A stretch of DNA of 64,000 nucleotides from Phycisphaerales bacterium (GTDB lineage: Bacteria; Planctomycetota; Phycisphaerae; Phycisphaerales; UBA1924). How positions within the stretch are numbered: the first letter of the stretch is position 1; the number at the start of each line of letters is the position of its first letter. The notes under the pieces were generated by a model. That model ran no database searches and had not been told where the DNA came from. It worked only from the letters and a program-made list of their open reading frames with translations. Location of the stretch: NCBI GenBank assembly GCA_965227775.1, contig OZ245777.1, positions 1,184,001 through 1,248,000 on the forward strand. The letters are read 5' to 3'. A program made the translations under genes and the position numbers. This document shows positions 10,085 through 21,720 of the stretch, one piece after another.

Positions 10085-10810
10085 GTGTCCGTTCGATTCC
10101 CCGTTTGGATGAACGTGCTGCCCACGGTGGGTGCGATCGGTGGGGCCCTGAGCCTCATTGGTGCTGTCACCATCGTGACTTACTACTTCACGCCCAAGTA
10201 CTGGGAGGTTGGCTACATGCCCACCCAGCCAGGCTCGGGCTTCAGCCACCAGATCCATGCTGGAAAGCTTGGTATGGACTGCCGCTATTGCCACACGCAC
10301 GTGGAGAAGTCGGCCGAGGCGAACGTGCCGCCGGTTTCGACGTGCATGGGCTGCCACACCGATGGCATGCTCGCGCCCGCGTACGACCCGCAAGAGAAGG
10401 TCGAGTTCATCCGCACCGCGTGGACTGAAGATGCGTCGATCCCGTGGGACCGCATCCACAAGGTGCCCGACTACGTGCGCAACTTCCCGCACCACATCCA
10501 CGTGAACGCGGGCGTGAGTTGCTACTCGTGCCACGGCCAGATCGAAGCGATGCCCGTGGTCTACCAGGCGCACAGCCTCAGCATGAGCTGGTGCCTCGAC
10601 TGCCACCGCGGTGTGGGCGACGCGCTCGAGGGCCACGACAACCCCGCCGACTACCTCGTGCCGCACGACAAGGTCGTCGACCTCGAATGGGTCGAGACCG
10701 TGTGGCTCGGTGACATGGCCGGCACCCAGGCCCAGACCGCCAGCATCCAGGCCGTCCTCGAGGGCATCCGCAAGATGCCGCCAGAGAACTGCGGGGCGTG
10801 CCACTACTAG
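10085..10810 (+). CDS. actA: Alternative complex III pentaheme cytochrome c subunit
   Basis: N-terminal TM helix; five CxxCH motifs (CRYCH, CMGCH, CYSCH, CLDCH, CGACH); GGAGG RBS before GTG 10085. Confidence 0.9.
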   Translation: MSVRFPVWMNVLPTVGAIGGALSLIGAVTIVTYYFTPKYWEVGYMPTQPGSGFSHQIHAGKLGMDCRYCHTHVEKSAEANVPPVSTCMGCHTDGMLAPAYDPQEKVEFIRTAWTEDASIPWDRIHKVPDYVRNFPHHIHVNAGVSCYSCHGQIEAMPVVYQAHSLSMSWCLDCHRGVGDALEGHDNPADYLVPHDKVVDLEWVETVWLGDMAGTQAQTASIQAVLEGIRKMPPENCGACHY

Positions 10811-10865
10811 CTTCGCTCGGGATCGCTTCGACTCGAATCAGGCTCTCCAGCCGGAGAACGACCGC

Positions 10866-13800
10866 ATGGCAGAGAAGACCATCGACCAGTGTCCCTCGAC
10901 GCGTGGCAAGCGCGAGATCGATCGCGCGCCCCGGAAGCTCGCCCAATCGTCCGGCCGCGCCGTGTGGCGCAGCATGGACGAGTTCGTCGACAAGCCCGAG
11001 TTCCGTGAGTGGCTTGGCCGCGAATTCCCAGCGCGCGCCAGCGAACTGCTCCAGGGTTCCAGGCGAGACTTCCTGAAGGTCATGGGCGCTTCGCTGGCCC
11101 TGGCTGGCGCGGCCACCATCCCGGGCTGCCGCCGCCCCGATCACACGATCATGTCCTACTCGCGCGAGGTGCCCGAGGACCAGGTACCCGGCCGCGCGAA
11201 GTACTACGCCACCGCCATGCCGCTGCCCGGCGGCGGGGCCGAGGGTCTTCTGGTCGAGACGCATGAGGGTCGCCCGACCAAGATCGAGGGCAACCCGCTG
11301 CACCCCATCAACCAGGGAAAGTCGAGCGTCTGGTCGCAGGCAAGCGTGCTCGACATGTACGACCCGTATCGTCTGATGCAGGTGACCTACGACAACCCTG
11401 CTCAAGGCCCGCTGGCAGCAACGTGGGACGACTTTGGTGTCTGGGCGCGCAGCAACGATGGCTTTGCCCGCTACGACGCGAGCGGTGGGCGCGGCTTGGC
11501 CTTCATCGCCGGCAAGCAGACCAGCCCCAGCCGCGACGCGATGCGCGACGCCGTGCTCCGCCGCTGGCCCAACGCCCAGTGGGTGGCCTATGAGGCGCTC
11601 GAGAACCCGAGCGCCGTCGAGGCATCGCGTCTCGCCTTCGGCCAGCCCATGACCGAGGAGTTGCGTCTCGAGAACGCCAAGCGCTTGGTGCTCGTGCAGC
11701 GCGACCCCGCGTACGAAGACGGCGACAGTCTGCGCAACGCCCGTGGCATGACCGCGCACCGCGCGCCCATGTATGCCAAGGACGAGAGTGGCGCGCCGAT
11801 CGACATGAGCCGCATCTACGCCGTGGAAGGCTCGCTCACCGTGAGCGGCGGCAAGGCCGACCACCGCATGCGTCTCGCCCCCTCGCTGCAGCCCGCGTTC
11901 GTCGTGGCGCTCGCCATGGCGCTCATGAGCGAACTCGGCGGCGACGCCGGCATCCGTGCGGCTCTCGACGCCGTGCCCACGCCACAGGGTGTCTCGCTGA
12001 ACGACGTCTGGATCCGCGAGTGCGCCGCCGACCTTGCATCGCACCGCAACGAGTCGATCGTGCTCGTCGGTTCGTCGCTGCCCGTGGGCATCCATGCCCT
12101 GGCGCACGCGATGAACGCGGCGCTCGGCGCGGTCGGTCCGGTGGTGCGGTACCGCCCGATGCCCTCCGACCTGGCGATCAACGGCCACGCGGCGCTCATT
12201 TCGCTGGGTCAGGCCATCGACGCCGGCCAGGTCAGCACGGTCGTGTGCCTCAACGCCAACCCCGTGTACGACGCGCCCGTCGAGGCGAACTTCGCCGAGC
12301 GCTACGCGAAGGTGCCCACACGCGTGAGCCTGAGCGTGCAGGACACCGAGACGGCCGCCGCCTCGACCTGGCGCCTGAACGGCACGCACTACCTCGAGCA
12401 GTGGGGCGACGTCGTCGCTCATGACGGCACGCTGAGCGTTGTCCAGCCGATGGTCGCGCCGATCTACTTCGGCAAGAGTGAGATCGAACTGCTGGCCTTC
12501 CTCGCCGACGAGACGTTCGAGGAAGAAGAGCGGCTGACCCACCTCGAGCAATCGGCGCGCAAGCAGGGCGCCATCGTCGTTGACGGTCAGGACGGCCCGA
12601 CCCGGATGGGCAACGCCGATGAGGTGTTCCCAGAAGACGCTCCAGCAGATGATGCCGAAGGCGGCTCCGAGCTGCCCGTGTGGCCCAGCGGCCACACGAT
12701 CGTGCGCTCGGTCTGGCGGCGCACGATGCGAGAGCGGTTCGGTGTTTCGTCTCGCAGCGAGTTCGAGAAGCAATGGCGCCGAGCGCTGCACGACGGCCTC
12801 GTTGCCAACTCGTCCACATCGGCGCAGTCGCCTGCGGCGAACCTCTCCAATCTGGCCAACAGCATCCGCACCGTCCGGCTGAGCGCGGCGCCCGCGGGCG
12901 AGTCGCTCGACGTGCTGTTTACGCCGGGCCGCACGCTCGATGGTCGGTTCGCCAGCAACGCCTGGATGCAGGAGTTGCCCGACATCGGCACGATGACAAC
13001 CTGGGACAACCCGGCGCTTATCAGTCCGGCGACGGCCCAGAAGCTCGGCCTCGTGCCCGGCGGCGGCAACCCCAAACACGTCTACCTCCGCGAGCATACC
13101 ACGGGCAAGATGGTCCGCCTCAACGTTGGCGGCCGTACGCTCGAACTGCCGGTGTGGATCTGTCCCGGTCTCTCGGATGACACCGTCGTGCTGCGGCTCG
13201 GCTACGGCCGCACGCGTGGCGGCCCTGTTGCCGAGGGATCGGGCTTCGACACCTACACGCTCCGCGAGGCCGGCCAGTATGCGGCGATGGGCGCCCAGAT
13301 CGAGCGCGTGCCGGGCGATTACTGGATCGCGAGCACGCAGAACCACTGGTCGCTCGAGGGCCGCACCGAGATCGTCCGCCGCGTCGAACTGCCCGCGTGG
13401 CAGAAGTACGGCGACCACGTCGATAAGGACTACACCGACGAGTACGGGCTCGCGACGAGCGAGCTGAACTTCGCCGAGCAGCTCGGCACGGTCAGCCACG
13501 CGCCGCCAAACCGCTCGATCTACCACAACCCCTACAACAAGGGCACGGGCGAAGACGCCGAAGGCAAGGGCGATGCTGAGCCCGGCTCGACGTATGACCA
13601 GGGCCCGCAGTGGGGCATGACCATCGACATGGGCTCGTGCATCGGCTGCGGTGTGTGCACCGTTGCTTGCCAGAGCGAGAACAACATTCCGGTCGTCGGC
13701 AAGCAAGAGGTCGCCAAGGGCCGCGAGATGACGTGGATCCGCGTCGACCGATACTTCATCGGCGACGAGCTCAACGAGCCCGACGAGATCATGCACCAGC

Positions 13801-14699
13801 CCGTCGCGTGCGTGCATTGCGAGAACGCACCCTGCGAGGTCGTGTGCCCGGTCAACGCGACCGTGCACGGGCCCGAGGGCCACAACTACATGGTCTACAA
13901 CCGCTGCATCGGCACGCGGTATTGCGCCAACAACTGCCCCTACAAGGTCCGCCGCTTCAACTTCTTCGATTACGGGACCAAGCAACTCGACGGCGGCCTG
14001 AACGAAGAGACCAGTCGCGCTACCGGCGGCATCTTCGACGACAAGCTGCCGCCCAACCAGCACTTCATTCCGCCTCGGTTGCGAGCCAAGCTCACCGAGA
14101 TCGAGAAGATGGGCAAGAACCCGAACGTCACCGTCCGCTCGCGCGGCGTGATGGAGAAGTGCACCTACTGCATCCAGCGCACCAACAACGCCAAGATTGA
14201 GACCAAGCTCAAGGGCCTCGAGGCCGTGCCCGAGGGATTCGTCCAGACCGCGTGCCAGCAGGCGTGCCCGACCGATGCGATCGTCTTCGGCAACATCCTC
14301 GATCCCGAGAGCCAGGTGACCAGGACGCGCGACAGCGGCCGCAGCTACGCCGTGCTGGGCTACCTCAACACGCGGCCGCGCACGACGCACCTCATGGCTG
14401 TGCACAATCCGAACCCCGAGCTGCTGAAGGCGGGCGACGCGAAGGACCAGGAGCGGTACAAGTACCTCGACTGGCACCCGCACGACGTGAAGTGGGTCAA
14501 GAAGGGCCTCGAGCCGCACTACCAGCACATGGACGAGCACGGCCACGGCGATGGTCATGGAGACGACCACGGCGGCGAACCGCACGCACGCCGAGGCACG
14601 AGCTTCATCGACCTCGATCGGCGTGACGACGACGCCGGATACGCCCTCAGCCTGAAGGTGCTCAAGAAGGCCGCGATGCCACAGGGAGGCTTGCTGTGA
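10866..14699 (+). CDS. actB: Alternative complex III molybdopterin-oxidoreductase-like / Fe-S fused subunit
   Basis: '[22 protein letters not shown]' Tat-variant leader; '[14 protein letters not shown]'; Fe-S motifs [47 protein letters not shown]. Confidence 0.92.
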   Translation: MAEKTIDQCPSTRGKREIDRAPRKLAQSSGRAVWRSMDEFVDKPEFREWLGREFPARASELLQGSRRDFLKVMGASLALAGAATIPGCRRPDHTIMSYSREVPEDQVPGRAKYYATAMPLPGGGAEGLLVETHEGRPTKIEGNPLHPINQGKSSVWSQASVLDMYDPYRLMQVTYDNPAQGPLAATWDDFGVWARSNDGFARYDASGGRGLAFIAGKQTSPSRDAMRDAVLRRWPNAQWVAYEALENPSAVEASRLAFGQPMTEELRLENAKRLVLVQRDPAYEDGDSLRNARGMTAHRAPMYAKDESGAPIDMSRIYAVEGSLTVSGGKADHRMRLAPSLQPAFVVALAMALMSELGGDAGIRAALDAVPTPQGVSLNDVWIRECAADLASHRNESIVLVGSSLPVGIHALAHAMNAALGAVGPVVRYRPMPSDLAINGHAALISLGQAIDAGQVSTVVCLNANPVYDAPVEANFAERYAKVPTRVSLSVQDTETAAASTWRLNGTHYLEQWGDVVAHDGTLSVVQPMVAPIYFGKSEIELLAFLADETFEEEERLTHLEQSARKQGAIVVDGQDGPTRMGNADEVFPEDAPADDAEGGSELPVWPSGHTIVRSVWRRTMRERFGVSSRSEFEKQWRRALHDGLVANSSTSAQSPAANLSNLANSIRTVRLSAAPAGESLDVLFTPGRTLDGRFASNAWMQELPDIGTMTTWDNPALISPATAQKLGLVPGGGNPKHVYLREHTTGKMVRLNVGGRTLELPVWICPGLSDDTVVLRLGYGRTRGGPVAEGSGFDTYTLREAGQYAAMGAQIERVPGDYWIASTQNHWSLEGRTEIVRRVELPAWQKYGDHVDKDYTDEYGLATSELNFAEQLGTVSHAPPNRSIYHNPYNKGTGEDAEGKGDAEPGSTYDQGPQWGMTIDMGSCIGCGVCTVACQSENNIPVVGKQEVAKGREMTWIRVDRYFIGDELNEPDEIMHQPVACVHCENAPCEVVCPVNATVHGPEGHNYMVYNRCIGTRYCANNCPYKVRRFNFFDYGTKQLDGGLNEETSRATGGIFDDKLPPNQHFIPPRLRAKLTEIEKMGKNPNVTVRSRGVMEKCTYCIQRTNNAKIETKLKGLEAVPEGFVQTACQQACPTDAIVFGNILDPESQVTRTRDSGRSYAVLGYLNTRPRTTHLMAVHNPNPELLKAGDAKDQERYKYLDWHPHDVKWVKKGLEPHYQHMDEHGHGDGHGDDHGGEPHARRGTSFIDLDRRDDDAGYALSLKVLKKAAMPQGGLL

Positions 14700-16312
14700 G
14701 CCAACTACCTCCGGACCAACGCACCAGCGAACGCCTGGCCGGCCGGGCCCCAGAGGCCTCGGGCTTCAGCCCCGAGCCCGGCACTGGCGACGGCTCGCTG
14801 ACCGAGGATCCCTCGTACCGCGCGCCGCTCGTGCTCAACAACCGCTCGGTGCACGAGATCACCGAGATCGTGTGTGGATATGCCGAGAAGGCGCCCGGGC
14901 GCTGGTGGCTGCCGCTCTTTGGGCTGTCAGCCACCATTGCCGGCATGGGCCAGTTGATGATCCTCTACCTGATCATCACCGGCGTGGGCGTGTGGGGCCT
15001 CACCAACCAGGTCGACTGGGCGTGGGACATCACCAACTTCGTGTTCTGGATCGGTATCGGCCACGCCGGCACGCTCATCAGCGCCATCCTCTGCCTCTTC
15101 AAGCAGCAGTGGCGCACGGCGGTGAACCGCTCGGCCGAGGCCATGACGATCTTCGCGGTGATCTGCGCCGGCATCTTCCCGGGCATCCACGTCGGCCGGG
15201 CCTGGATGGCCTGGTTCCTGGCGCCGGTTCCCAACAGCAACTGGATCTGGCCCAATTTCCGAAGCCCGCTGCTGTGGGACGTGTTCGCGGTGAGCACCTA
15301 CGCAACCGTGTCGCTGCTGTTCTGGTTCATGGGCATGATTCCCGACCTGGCAACACTGCGTGACCGTGCCGACCTTCGTTTGTTGAAGGACCCGCACCAG
15401 CCCCGCCTGCCGTTCACGCCCTTCAAGCCCGACACGCTCCGCTCGTTCATCTACGGCTTCCTGTCGTTGGGCTGGCGCAACTCGAGCCGCCACTGGATGC
15501 GGTACGAGAAGGCCTACATCCTGCTCGCCGGCCTTTCGACGCCGCTGGTGCTCAGCGTGCACTCGATCGTGTCGTTCGACTTCGCAACGTCGATCCTGCC
15601 CGGTTGGCACACGACGATCTTCCCGCCCTACTTCGTCGCGGGTGCCGTGTTCGGCGGATTCGCCATGGTGCTGTTCCTGCTGATCCCCGCTCGCGAGCTG
15701 TTCCCCAACATGAAGGACCTACTCACTCTCCGCCACCTGGAGAACATGAGCAAGATCCTGCTGCTCACGGGCATGCTTGTGGGCTTCGCCTACGCGATGG
15801 AGTTCTTCATCGCCTGGTACGGCGGCAACGACTTCGAGTATTCGGTCTTCGCGTTCAACCGTGCCCTGCCCACGTGGCTCCACGAAGATGGCGCGCCGTA
15901 CTGGTGGGCCTATTGGACCATGATCGGCTGCAACGTGATCAGCCCGCAGCTGTTCTGGGTGAAGGCGCTGCGGCGCAATCCGATCGTCATCTGGATTGTC
16001 GCGCTCGCGGTCACCATCGGCATGTGGTTCGAGCGCTTCGTGATCATCGTCACCAGCCTCCACCGCGCGTTCATTCCCGGCGAGTGGCACATGTTCTACC
16101 CCACGTGGGTCGACATCCTCACGTTCGTCGGCTCGTGCGGCATCTTCATGACGCTGTTCCTGCTGTTCCTGCGATTCCTGCCGATCTTCCCGATCGCCGA
16201 GATCAAGGCCATCCTTCCCGAAGCCGACCCGCACGGTCACGGCCACGGGCATGGCCACAGCGACGACGCGTCCGACACCTCCGCCCCCAGCACCGAAGGG
16301 GAGGGACACTGA
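14696..16312 (+). CDS. actC: Alternative complex III NrfD/PsrC-family quinol-binding membrane subunit
   Basis: '[23 protein letters not shown]', '[16 protein letters not shown]', '[12 protein letters not shown]', '[10 protein letters not shown]'. Confidence 0.93.
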   Translation: MSQLPPDQRTSERLAGRAPEASGFSPEPGTGDGSLTEDPSYRAPLVLNNRSVHEITEIVCGYAEKAPGRWWLPLFGLSATIAGMGQLMILYLIITGVGVWGLTNQVDWAWDITNFVFWIGIGHAGTLISAILCLFKQQWRTAVNRSAEAMTIFAVICAGIFPGIHVGRAWMAWFLAPVPNSNWIWPNFRSPLLWDVFAVSTYATVSLLFWFMGMIPDLATLRDRADLRLLKDPHQPRLPFTPFKPDTLRSFIYGFLSLGWRNSSRHWMRYEKAYILLAGLSTPLVLSVHSIVSFDFATSILPGWHTTIFPPYFVAGAVFGGFAMVLFLLIPARELFPNMKDLLTLRHLENMSKILLLTGMLVGFAYAMEFFIAWYGGNDFEYSVFAFNRALPTWLHEDGAPYWWAYWTMIGCNVISPQLFWVKALRRNPIVIWIVALAVTIGMWFERFVIIVTSLHRAFIPGEWHMFYPTWVDILTFVGSCGIFMTLFLLFLRFLPIFPIAEIKAILPEADPHGHGHGHGHSDDASDTSAPSTEGEGH

Positions 16313-16313
16313 C

Positions 16314-16898
16314 ATGGGCATCCTCGGTTTCCCATCAAAGGCCGACCACGGCTTCCGCACGCCAGACGGCGGCGTCGTCCACGGCATCATGGCCGAGTTC
16401 GCCTCGTCGGCCGACGTGTATCACGCCGCCGAGAAGGTCCGCGATGCGGGCTTCCAAAAGTGGGACGTGTTCGCGTCGTTCCCGATCCACGGCATCGACG
16501 AGGCCATGGGCCTGAAGCGGACCAAGCTCCCCTTCATCGTCGCCGGCGGTGCCATCACCGGCATCTCGGCCGCCCTGGCAATGCAGTACTGGATGACGGC
16601 GGTCGATTACGCCATCGTCGTCCAGGGCAAGCCATACGACGCGTGGGAGCCATTCGTGCCCATCACGTTCGAGCTTGGCGTGCTCTTCTCGGCGTTCGCG
16701 TGCCTTATCGGCATGCTCGCCCTTAACGGCCTTCCGCGGTGGAACCACCCGCTGCTCAAGAACGAGCGCTTCCTTCGGGTGAGCGACGACAAGTTCGTCA
16801 TCGTCATCGAGGCGGGCGACTCCAAGTTCCAGGGCTCCGACACGGTCGCGATGCTCGAAGAGATCGGCGCCACCCATGTCGAGTTGGTGGAGGAGTAA
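16314..16898 (+). CDS. actD: Alternative complex III subunit D (DUF3341)
   Basis: 'FPIHGIDEAMG', 'GKP', 'FVPITFELGVLFSA', 'NGLPRWNHP'; position in the operon. Confidence 0.9.
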   Translation: MGILGFPSKADHGFRTPDGGVVHGIMAEFASSADVYHAAEKVRDAGFQKWDVFASFPIHGIDEAMGLKRTKLPFIVAGGAITGISAALAMQYWMTAVDYAIVVQGKPYDAWEPFVPITFELGVLFSAFACLIGMLALNGLPRWNHPLLKNERFLRVSDDKFVIVIEAGDSKFQGSDTVAMLEEIGATHVELVEE

Positions 16899-16902
16899 GC
16901 AC

Positions 16903-17685
16903 ATGCAACGCCGAAGCACCAGGCTGGCCTTGCTCTTCTCGATGACCGCGGCGACGCTCGCTTCGACGGCCCTGCTGTCGGGCTGTCGCGGCGATCGCTC
17001 CGAAGAGAACCCACGCCAGTTCTTCCCCGACCTCGATGACAACCCGAACTTCAGCCCCCAGGACGCCACGCCGTTGTTCGCCGACGGCCGCCAGATGCGC
17101 CCGCCGGTCGATGGCACCGTGGCCTTCGGCTCATTTACGTTCACCGAGGCATCGCTCGAGGGCGACGCCGAATGGGCGGACGAGTTCCTCGACGAGCGTC
17201 GCGAGATGCTGGCCGAGGGCAGCCAGAACTACGTGGGCCTGAACGAGGACGGCACGTTCGTCCAGACCATGCCCGCGGCAGTCACGGCCGAGTTGCTCGC
17301 GCGAGGTGAGGAGCGCTTCAACATCTACTGCGCCGCGTGCCACGGATACGCCGGCGATGGCAACGGCATGGTGGGGCGGCGCTGGTCGGCCCCGGTCCCA
17401 AGCTTCCATGATGCGAAGTACAAGGACGAGAGCGAGCCGACCAGCGGCGATGGCTACCTCTTCCACATCGCACGCCACGGCCTGAAGCACCCCGACGGCC
17501 GATACCGCATGCCCGGCTATGGCCACGCGCTGAGCACCGAAGACACCTGGGCCGTCGTTGCCCACATCCGCGTGCTCCAGCAGACGTTTGACAACGATCC
17601 GCAATCACTGCCCGCCGCCGAGCGAGACCAGCTCGATCCGCGTGGCGGTTCAACCGAGACTTCGCAGCCAGGAGGTGGCCAGTGA
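16903..17685 (+). CDS. actE: Alternative complex III monoheme cytochrome c lipoprotein
   Basis: Lipobox LLSG-C; 'RPPVDGTV'; 'RGEERFNIYCAACHG'; distal 'MPGY'. Confidence 0.88.
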   Translation: MQRRSTRLALLFSMTAATLASTALLSGCRGDRSEENPRQFFPDLDDNPNFSPQDATPLFADGRQMRPPVDGTVAFGSFTFTEASLEGDAEWADEFLDERREMLAEGSQNYVGLNEDGTFVQTMPAAVTAELLARGEERFNIYCAACHGYAGDGNGMVGRRWSAPVPSFHDAKYKDESEPTSGDGYLFHIARHGLKHPDGRYRMPGYGHALSTEDTWAVVAHIRVLQQTFDNDPQSLPAAERDQLDPRGGSTETSQPGGGQ

Positions 17686-19004
17686 GCAGCATTGCCGCCA
17701 ACCAGCCACCCATCGAGCAGCCGGCCCACCTGCAGGACCCGGCGCTGCGTGATGAGAACATCACGCTCGAGCCTTCGAGCGTGGGCCTCGCGTGGAAGGC
17801 GCTCGTCGGCCTGGGCTTCATCGGCATCGCTATCGCGATCGCCGGTGTGTTTGTGCTATCGGGTCCGACCGACATGAATGCCGCCCTGTTGCACGTTAAG
17901 GGCATCCTGCTGATCGGCACGCTCAGCGTGCTGGGCTTCAGCGTCGGTTCGCTCTTCTTCATCATGATCAACGCCGTCGGCGCCGCCGGCTGGCACGTCA
18001 CGATGAAGCGCGTGCTCGAGCAGGGCGCGGCGCTCATCTGGCTTCCGGTCCTGGGCTTGGTGCTCTTCGGGATCTCCGAGGTCATCTCGGTGCAAAGCGA
18101 CAGCGTGGGCGTCGTCTCCAGCTGGCTGAATCCTGAGATCATCGACGAGGGCTACTTTATCACCAAGAAGGGGGCGTATTTCGACCCCATCTTCGTGGGC
18201 GCTCGCATGGCGTTCTATGTGGTGGTTTGGTTGGGCCTCAGCCGCTTGGTCTGGAGCATCTCACGCAAGCAGGAGCGCACCGGTGATCGCTGGCTGACCA
18301 ATAAGCTCTCCTTCCACTCGGCCTGGGGCCTTGTGGTCATGGCGCTCGCGACCGCATTCTTCAGCTTCGACTGGATGATGGCGCTGACCGACTACAAGTT
18401 CTTCAGCACCATGTGGGGTGTCTACTTCTTCGCCGGAACGTTCTTTGTGACCTTCCCGGCCATGGCCTTGCTGTTGACGTTCCTTCGCTCGAAGGGCAAG
18501 ATGCAAGGGCTCATCACCCAGGAGCATCACCACGACCTGAGCAAGTACATGTTCGGGTTCATCGTGTTCTGGGGCTACATCGCGTACAGCCAGTACTTCC
18601 TGATCTGGTACAGCCAGATTCCCGAAGAGACCACCTGGTACATGCACCGCCAGGCCGAGTGGCCCGGGCTGACCATGTTCCTGGTCTTTGGCCACTTCCT
18701 CGTGCCGCTGGTCCTGATGTTCCCTCGGGCCATGCGTCGCAACACGCTCGGCTTCGGCACGATCGCCGCGTGGATGATCTTCATGCACGTGGTCGACCTG
18801 TATTGGATCATCCGTCCGTCGCTCGGGATCACCCTCGAGAATCCGGTCGGCTTCACGCAGGGCCTTTGGGTCGACGTTGCCGGCATCGGCGGCATCGTGG
18901 CGCTGTACACGGGCGTGCTGTTGTGGAGACTGACCAAGGCACCCCTCGTGAATCGCATGGAACCCCGTATGCCGGAGGCTCTCGGCCACAAGAACTACAT
19001 CTGA
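17682..19004 (+). CDS. actF: Alternative complex III membrane subunit F
   Basis: About 10 TM helices; 'FDWMM', 'FSTMWGVY', 'HHHDLSKYMFGF..FWGYIAYSQYFLIWYSQIPEET'. Confidence 0.88.
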   Translation: MSSIAANQPPIEQPAHLQDPALRDENITLEPSSVGLAWKALVGLGFIGIAIAIAGVFVLSGPTDMNAALLHVKGILLIGTLSVLGFSVGSLFFIMINAVGAAGWHVTMKRVLEQGAALIWLPVLGLVLFGISEVISVQSDSVGVVSSWLNPEIIDEGYFITKKGAYFDPIFVGARMAFYVVVWLGLSRLVWSISRKQERTGDRWLTNKLSFHSAWGLVVMALATAFFSFDWMMALTDYKFFSTMWGVYFFAGTFFVTFPAMALLLTFLRSKGKMQGLITQEHHHDLSKYMFGFIVFWGYIAYSQYFLIWYSQIPEETTWYMHRQAEWPGLTMFLVFGHFLVPLVLMFPRAMRRNTLGFGTIAAWMIFMHVVDLYWIIRPSLGITLENPVGFTQGLWVDVAGIGGIVALYTGVLLWRLTKAPLVNRMEPRMPEALGHKNYI

Positions 19005-19080
19005 GCCGTTTTCACCGGGTCTCCTAGGGATTCCCGTTGTGTAGAGGGCGACGATTCAAGCTTGGAACAAGACCAGCCGT

Positions 19081-19097
19081 ACAGTAATTTGTACTGT
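19081..19097. promoter_or_regulatory. Putative transcription-factor operator (ACAG-N9-CTGT), copy 2
   Basis: ACAGTA-ATTTG-TACTGT inverted repeat about 30 nt upstream of the first gene of the sco-cox unit. Confidence 0.5.
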
Positions 19098-19128
19098 TCT
19101 GCAGGAACCAGGCAGTCAGGAACGAAGC

Positions 19129-19485
19129 ATGAGCGATCACAACCACGATGACTGGTTTGCACACACGCGCGAGGAAGGCCTGCCCCAAGAGGAGCATGCC
19201 GGCCATGTCGATACGCGTGCGCTGCTGATCTTCTACATGGGCATGCTGGCGTTCGTCGTGATCTCCATCGTCGGCGTGGCGTTGTTCTTCAAGAGCTACG
19301 TGCAGAACGTGCGCGTTCGCAACATCGAGACGCTGCAGCTCGCCGTCGACGCCAACGAGTACAAGGCCGAATCGCTCGAGGACATGACCGAGTACGGCTG
19401 GTCGGGCCAAGTCCTCGAGGGCGCCGCCCGAATCCCGATCGAGGAAGCGCGGCAGAAGGTGCTGCAGAGCTACGGCCAGCGATAG
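19129..19485 (+). CDS. Small single-TM protein of the ACIII/oxidase cluster (possibly ActG-like)
   Basis: One TM helix; C-terminal 'YGW...RIPIEEA' pattern typical of the small gene preceding SCO in such clusters; His/acidic N-terminus. Confidence 0.65.
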   Translation: MSDHNHDDWFAHTREEGLPQEEHAGHVDTRALLIFYMGMLAFVVISIVGVALFFKSYVQNVRVRNIETLQLAVDANEYKAESLEDMTEYGWSGQVLEGAARIPIEEARQKVLQSYGQR

Positions 19486-19507
19486 GAACGGAGACCGCCG
19501 AACGACC

Positions 19508-20443
19508 ATGACCAGGATGAAGCGCACACTTGCGACACTGTCGGCAGCCCTCGGGCTGGCGGCGTCATCGTTTGCGCAGATCATCGAAGACGAGGTCCCC
19601 ATCGAGGCGCGCGGGCTCGACATCGTCGAGAAGCTTGGCGAGCGGGTGCCCCTCGATGCAGAGCTGACGACCGCCGAGGGTGAGACCGTCCGCCTGGGCG
19701 ACTTCTTCGACAGCGAAGACGCGCCCGAGCGCGGCAAGCCGACCATCCTGCTCCTGGTCTATTACGACTGCCCGGTCGCGTGCCCTGCCATGCTGGGCAA
19801 CATGAACAAGGCCTTCAACGGCATCAACGACTGGACAATCGGCGAAGAGTACAACGTGCTGTCGGTGTCCTTCGACCCGACGAACACGCAGGAGCAGGCC
19901 CAGCAGTACGCGATGCTGTATCGCTCGGGATACGAGAAGAACCTCGAGGCCCCCGAGACGGTCGCACAGGGGTACCAGTTCTTCCTCGCCAGCGCCGACA
20001 CGTCGCGGGCCATCGCAGACTCGGTTGGCTTCGGCTACCGCTACCTGCCCGACATCGACGAGTACGCCCACGCTACCGGCGCGGTCGTGCTCGCGCCCGA
20101 TGGTACCGTGTCGCGGTACTTCTACGGCTTCGACTATCCGTCCCGGCAGGTCCGGCTCGCGATGCTCGACGCCGCCGACGGCCGCGTGGGTGGGAGCTTT
20201 GGCGACCGCGTCCTGCTCTTCTGCTTCACGTACGACCCAAACAGCAACTCATATAGCTTGGCCGCCTTCCGCGTGGTGCAGGTGGGTGCGGTGATCACGA
20301 CACTGCTCGTGGTCGGCCTGCTCGCCACGCTGAAGATTGGCGAGCGCATCGCAAAGCGTCGGCAGGCGCGTGATGAGAACAACGACGACTCCGGACTTGA
20401 CGGTGGACGCCTCAGCGGGCGCACCGTGGGAGCCCACGCATGA
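19508..20443 (+). CDS. SCO1/SenC copper chaperone
   Basis: Signal peptide; 'YYDCPVAC' CxxxC; 'SVSFDP'; 'YAHA' His; C-terminal TM helix. Confidence 0.88.
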   Translation: MTRMKRTLATLSAALGLAASSFAQIIEDEVPIEARGLDIVEKLGERVPLDAELTTAEGETVRLGDFFDSEDAPERGKPTILLLVYYDCPVACPAMLGNMNKAFNGINDWTIGEEYNVLSVSFDPTNTQEQAQQYAMLYRSGYEKNLEAPETVAQGYQFFLASADTSRAIADSVGFGYRYLPDIDEYAHATGAVVLAPDGTVSRYFYGFDYPSRQVRLAMLDAADGRVGGSFGDRVLLFCFTYDPNSNSYSLAAFRVVQVGAVITTLLVVGLLATLKIGERIAKRRQARDENNDDSGLDGGRLSGRTVGAHA

Positions 20444-21684
20444 CCGCGATCAACGCCGCAATGGCGCACGCATCGAACGCCCTGGCCTCAGCGAGCCTGC
20501 AGGACCTCTTCTGGTTCGGCGGGAAGAGCTACACCGACGCCGGCCGGCAGGCCGACTGGATGTTCATGTTCATCTGGTGGCTGTCGGTGGCATTCTTCGT
20601 CGTGCTGATGGTCCTAATGGTGTATTGGGCCTTCCGCTGGCGCCGCCGCAAGGGTCAGGCCGCTCCGGCGAGCCCCAGCCACAACACGCCGCTTGAGATC
20701 ACGTGGACGGTCATCCCCACGATCTTCTTCTTCGTGATGTTCTTCGAGGGCTTCCGCGGCTACATCAACCTGAACTACACCAAGGTTGGCGCTATCGAGG
20801 CCAACCTCATGGCGTTCCAGTGGAGCTGGACGCTCGAGTATCCCGGCGGCCAGATCACGACCGAAACGGCGACGAGGACCAAGGGTGCCCACGTCGGAGA
20901 CAAGGAACAGGACTTCGCCAGCATCGCGGCTCCGGTGTGGTACTTCCCAGAGAACGAGCCCGTGCTGCTGCGGATGACCAGCCGCGACGTGATCCACAGC
21001 TTCTGGATTCCCGACTTCCGCGTGAAGCAGGACATCTTCCCCAACCGCTACACCAGCTACGCGTTCACGCCGGACCCGCTCGACGACACCGCGCACATCA
21101 TGGAGGATGAGGAACTAGGCGCGTATCCATATCGCGACCACATCCTGATGTGCGCTGAGTACTGCGGCGATGCTCACTCGGAGATGGCCGGGCTCATCCG
21201 CATCGTGCCCAAGGACATCTATGAGGCGAAGCTCGAAATCTTCGGCTCGCCGCGGGGCACACTCGCAGAGCGTGGCCAGATCGTCTCCCAGCAGAACGGC
21301 TGCTTCTCGTGCCACTCCGTGGATGGCGCGCGAAACACCGGCCCGACCTGGAAGGACCTCTACAACAACGAGCACCAGTACACCGACGGCAGCACGATCC
21401 TCGCCGACGACAACCACATCCGCGAGTCCATCTACGTTCCGGCGGCCAAGATCCGTACGGGTTACCCGAACCAGATGGTGAGCTACCAGGGCACGATCAG
21501 CCCCGAGCAGCTCGGATGGATCATCGCGTATATGAAGACCTTGAGCGAAGCTACGCCAGAGGCCGAACTCGCCCAGACCCAGGTCGATCCCGATGCCGTT
21601 GAGGGCGAAGGGACCGGCGAGGGTGGTGAGGGCGCCGACACGGCCGGCGATGGCTCGATGGAAGGAACCCCCAGCGATGGTTGA
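20440..21684 (+). CDS. coxB: Cytochrome c oxidase subunit II with fused cytochrome c (caa3 type)
   Basis: 'HNTPLEITWTVIP', 'DVIHSFWIP', CuA motif 'CAEYCGDAHSEM'; C-terminal CFSCH ... 'PNQM'. Confidence 0.93.
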   Translation: MTAINAAMAHASNALASASLQDLFWFGGKSYTDAGRQADWMFMFIWWLSVAFFVVLMVLMVYWAFRWRRRKGQAAPASPSHNTPLEITWTVIPTIFFFVMFFEGFRGYINLNYTKVGAIEANLMAFQWSWTLEYPGGQITTETATRTKGAHVGDKEQDFASIAAPVWYFPENEPVLLRMTSRDVIHSFWIPDFRVKQDIFPNRYTSYAFTPDPLDDTAHIMEDEELGAYPYRDHILMCAEYCGDAHSEMAGLIRIVPKDIYEAKLEIFGSPRGTLAERGQIVSQQNGCFSCHSVDGARNTGPTWKDLYNNEHQYTDGSTILADDNHIRESIYVPAAKIRTGYPNQMVSYQGTISPEQLGWIIAYMKTLSEATPEAELAQTQVDPDAVEGEGTGEGGEGADTAGDGSMEGTPSDG

Positions 21685-21720
21685 CGCCGCCGCTGTGCAG
21701 CTTGATCTTGGAGGCGCACG

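Noticed and set aside
10578..14585. 1335-aa minus-strand ORF and many other long antisense ORFs
   Set aside because: Shadow frames of real genes (here actB) caused by high-GC codon bias; no motifs.
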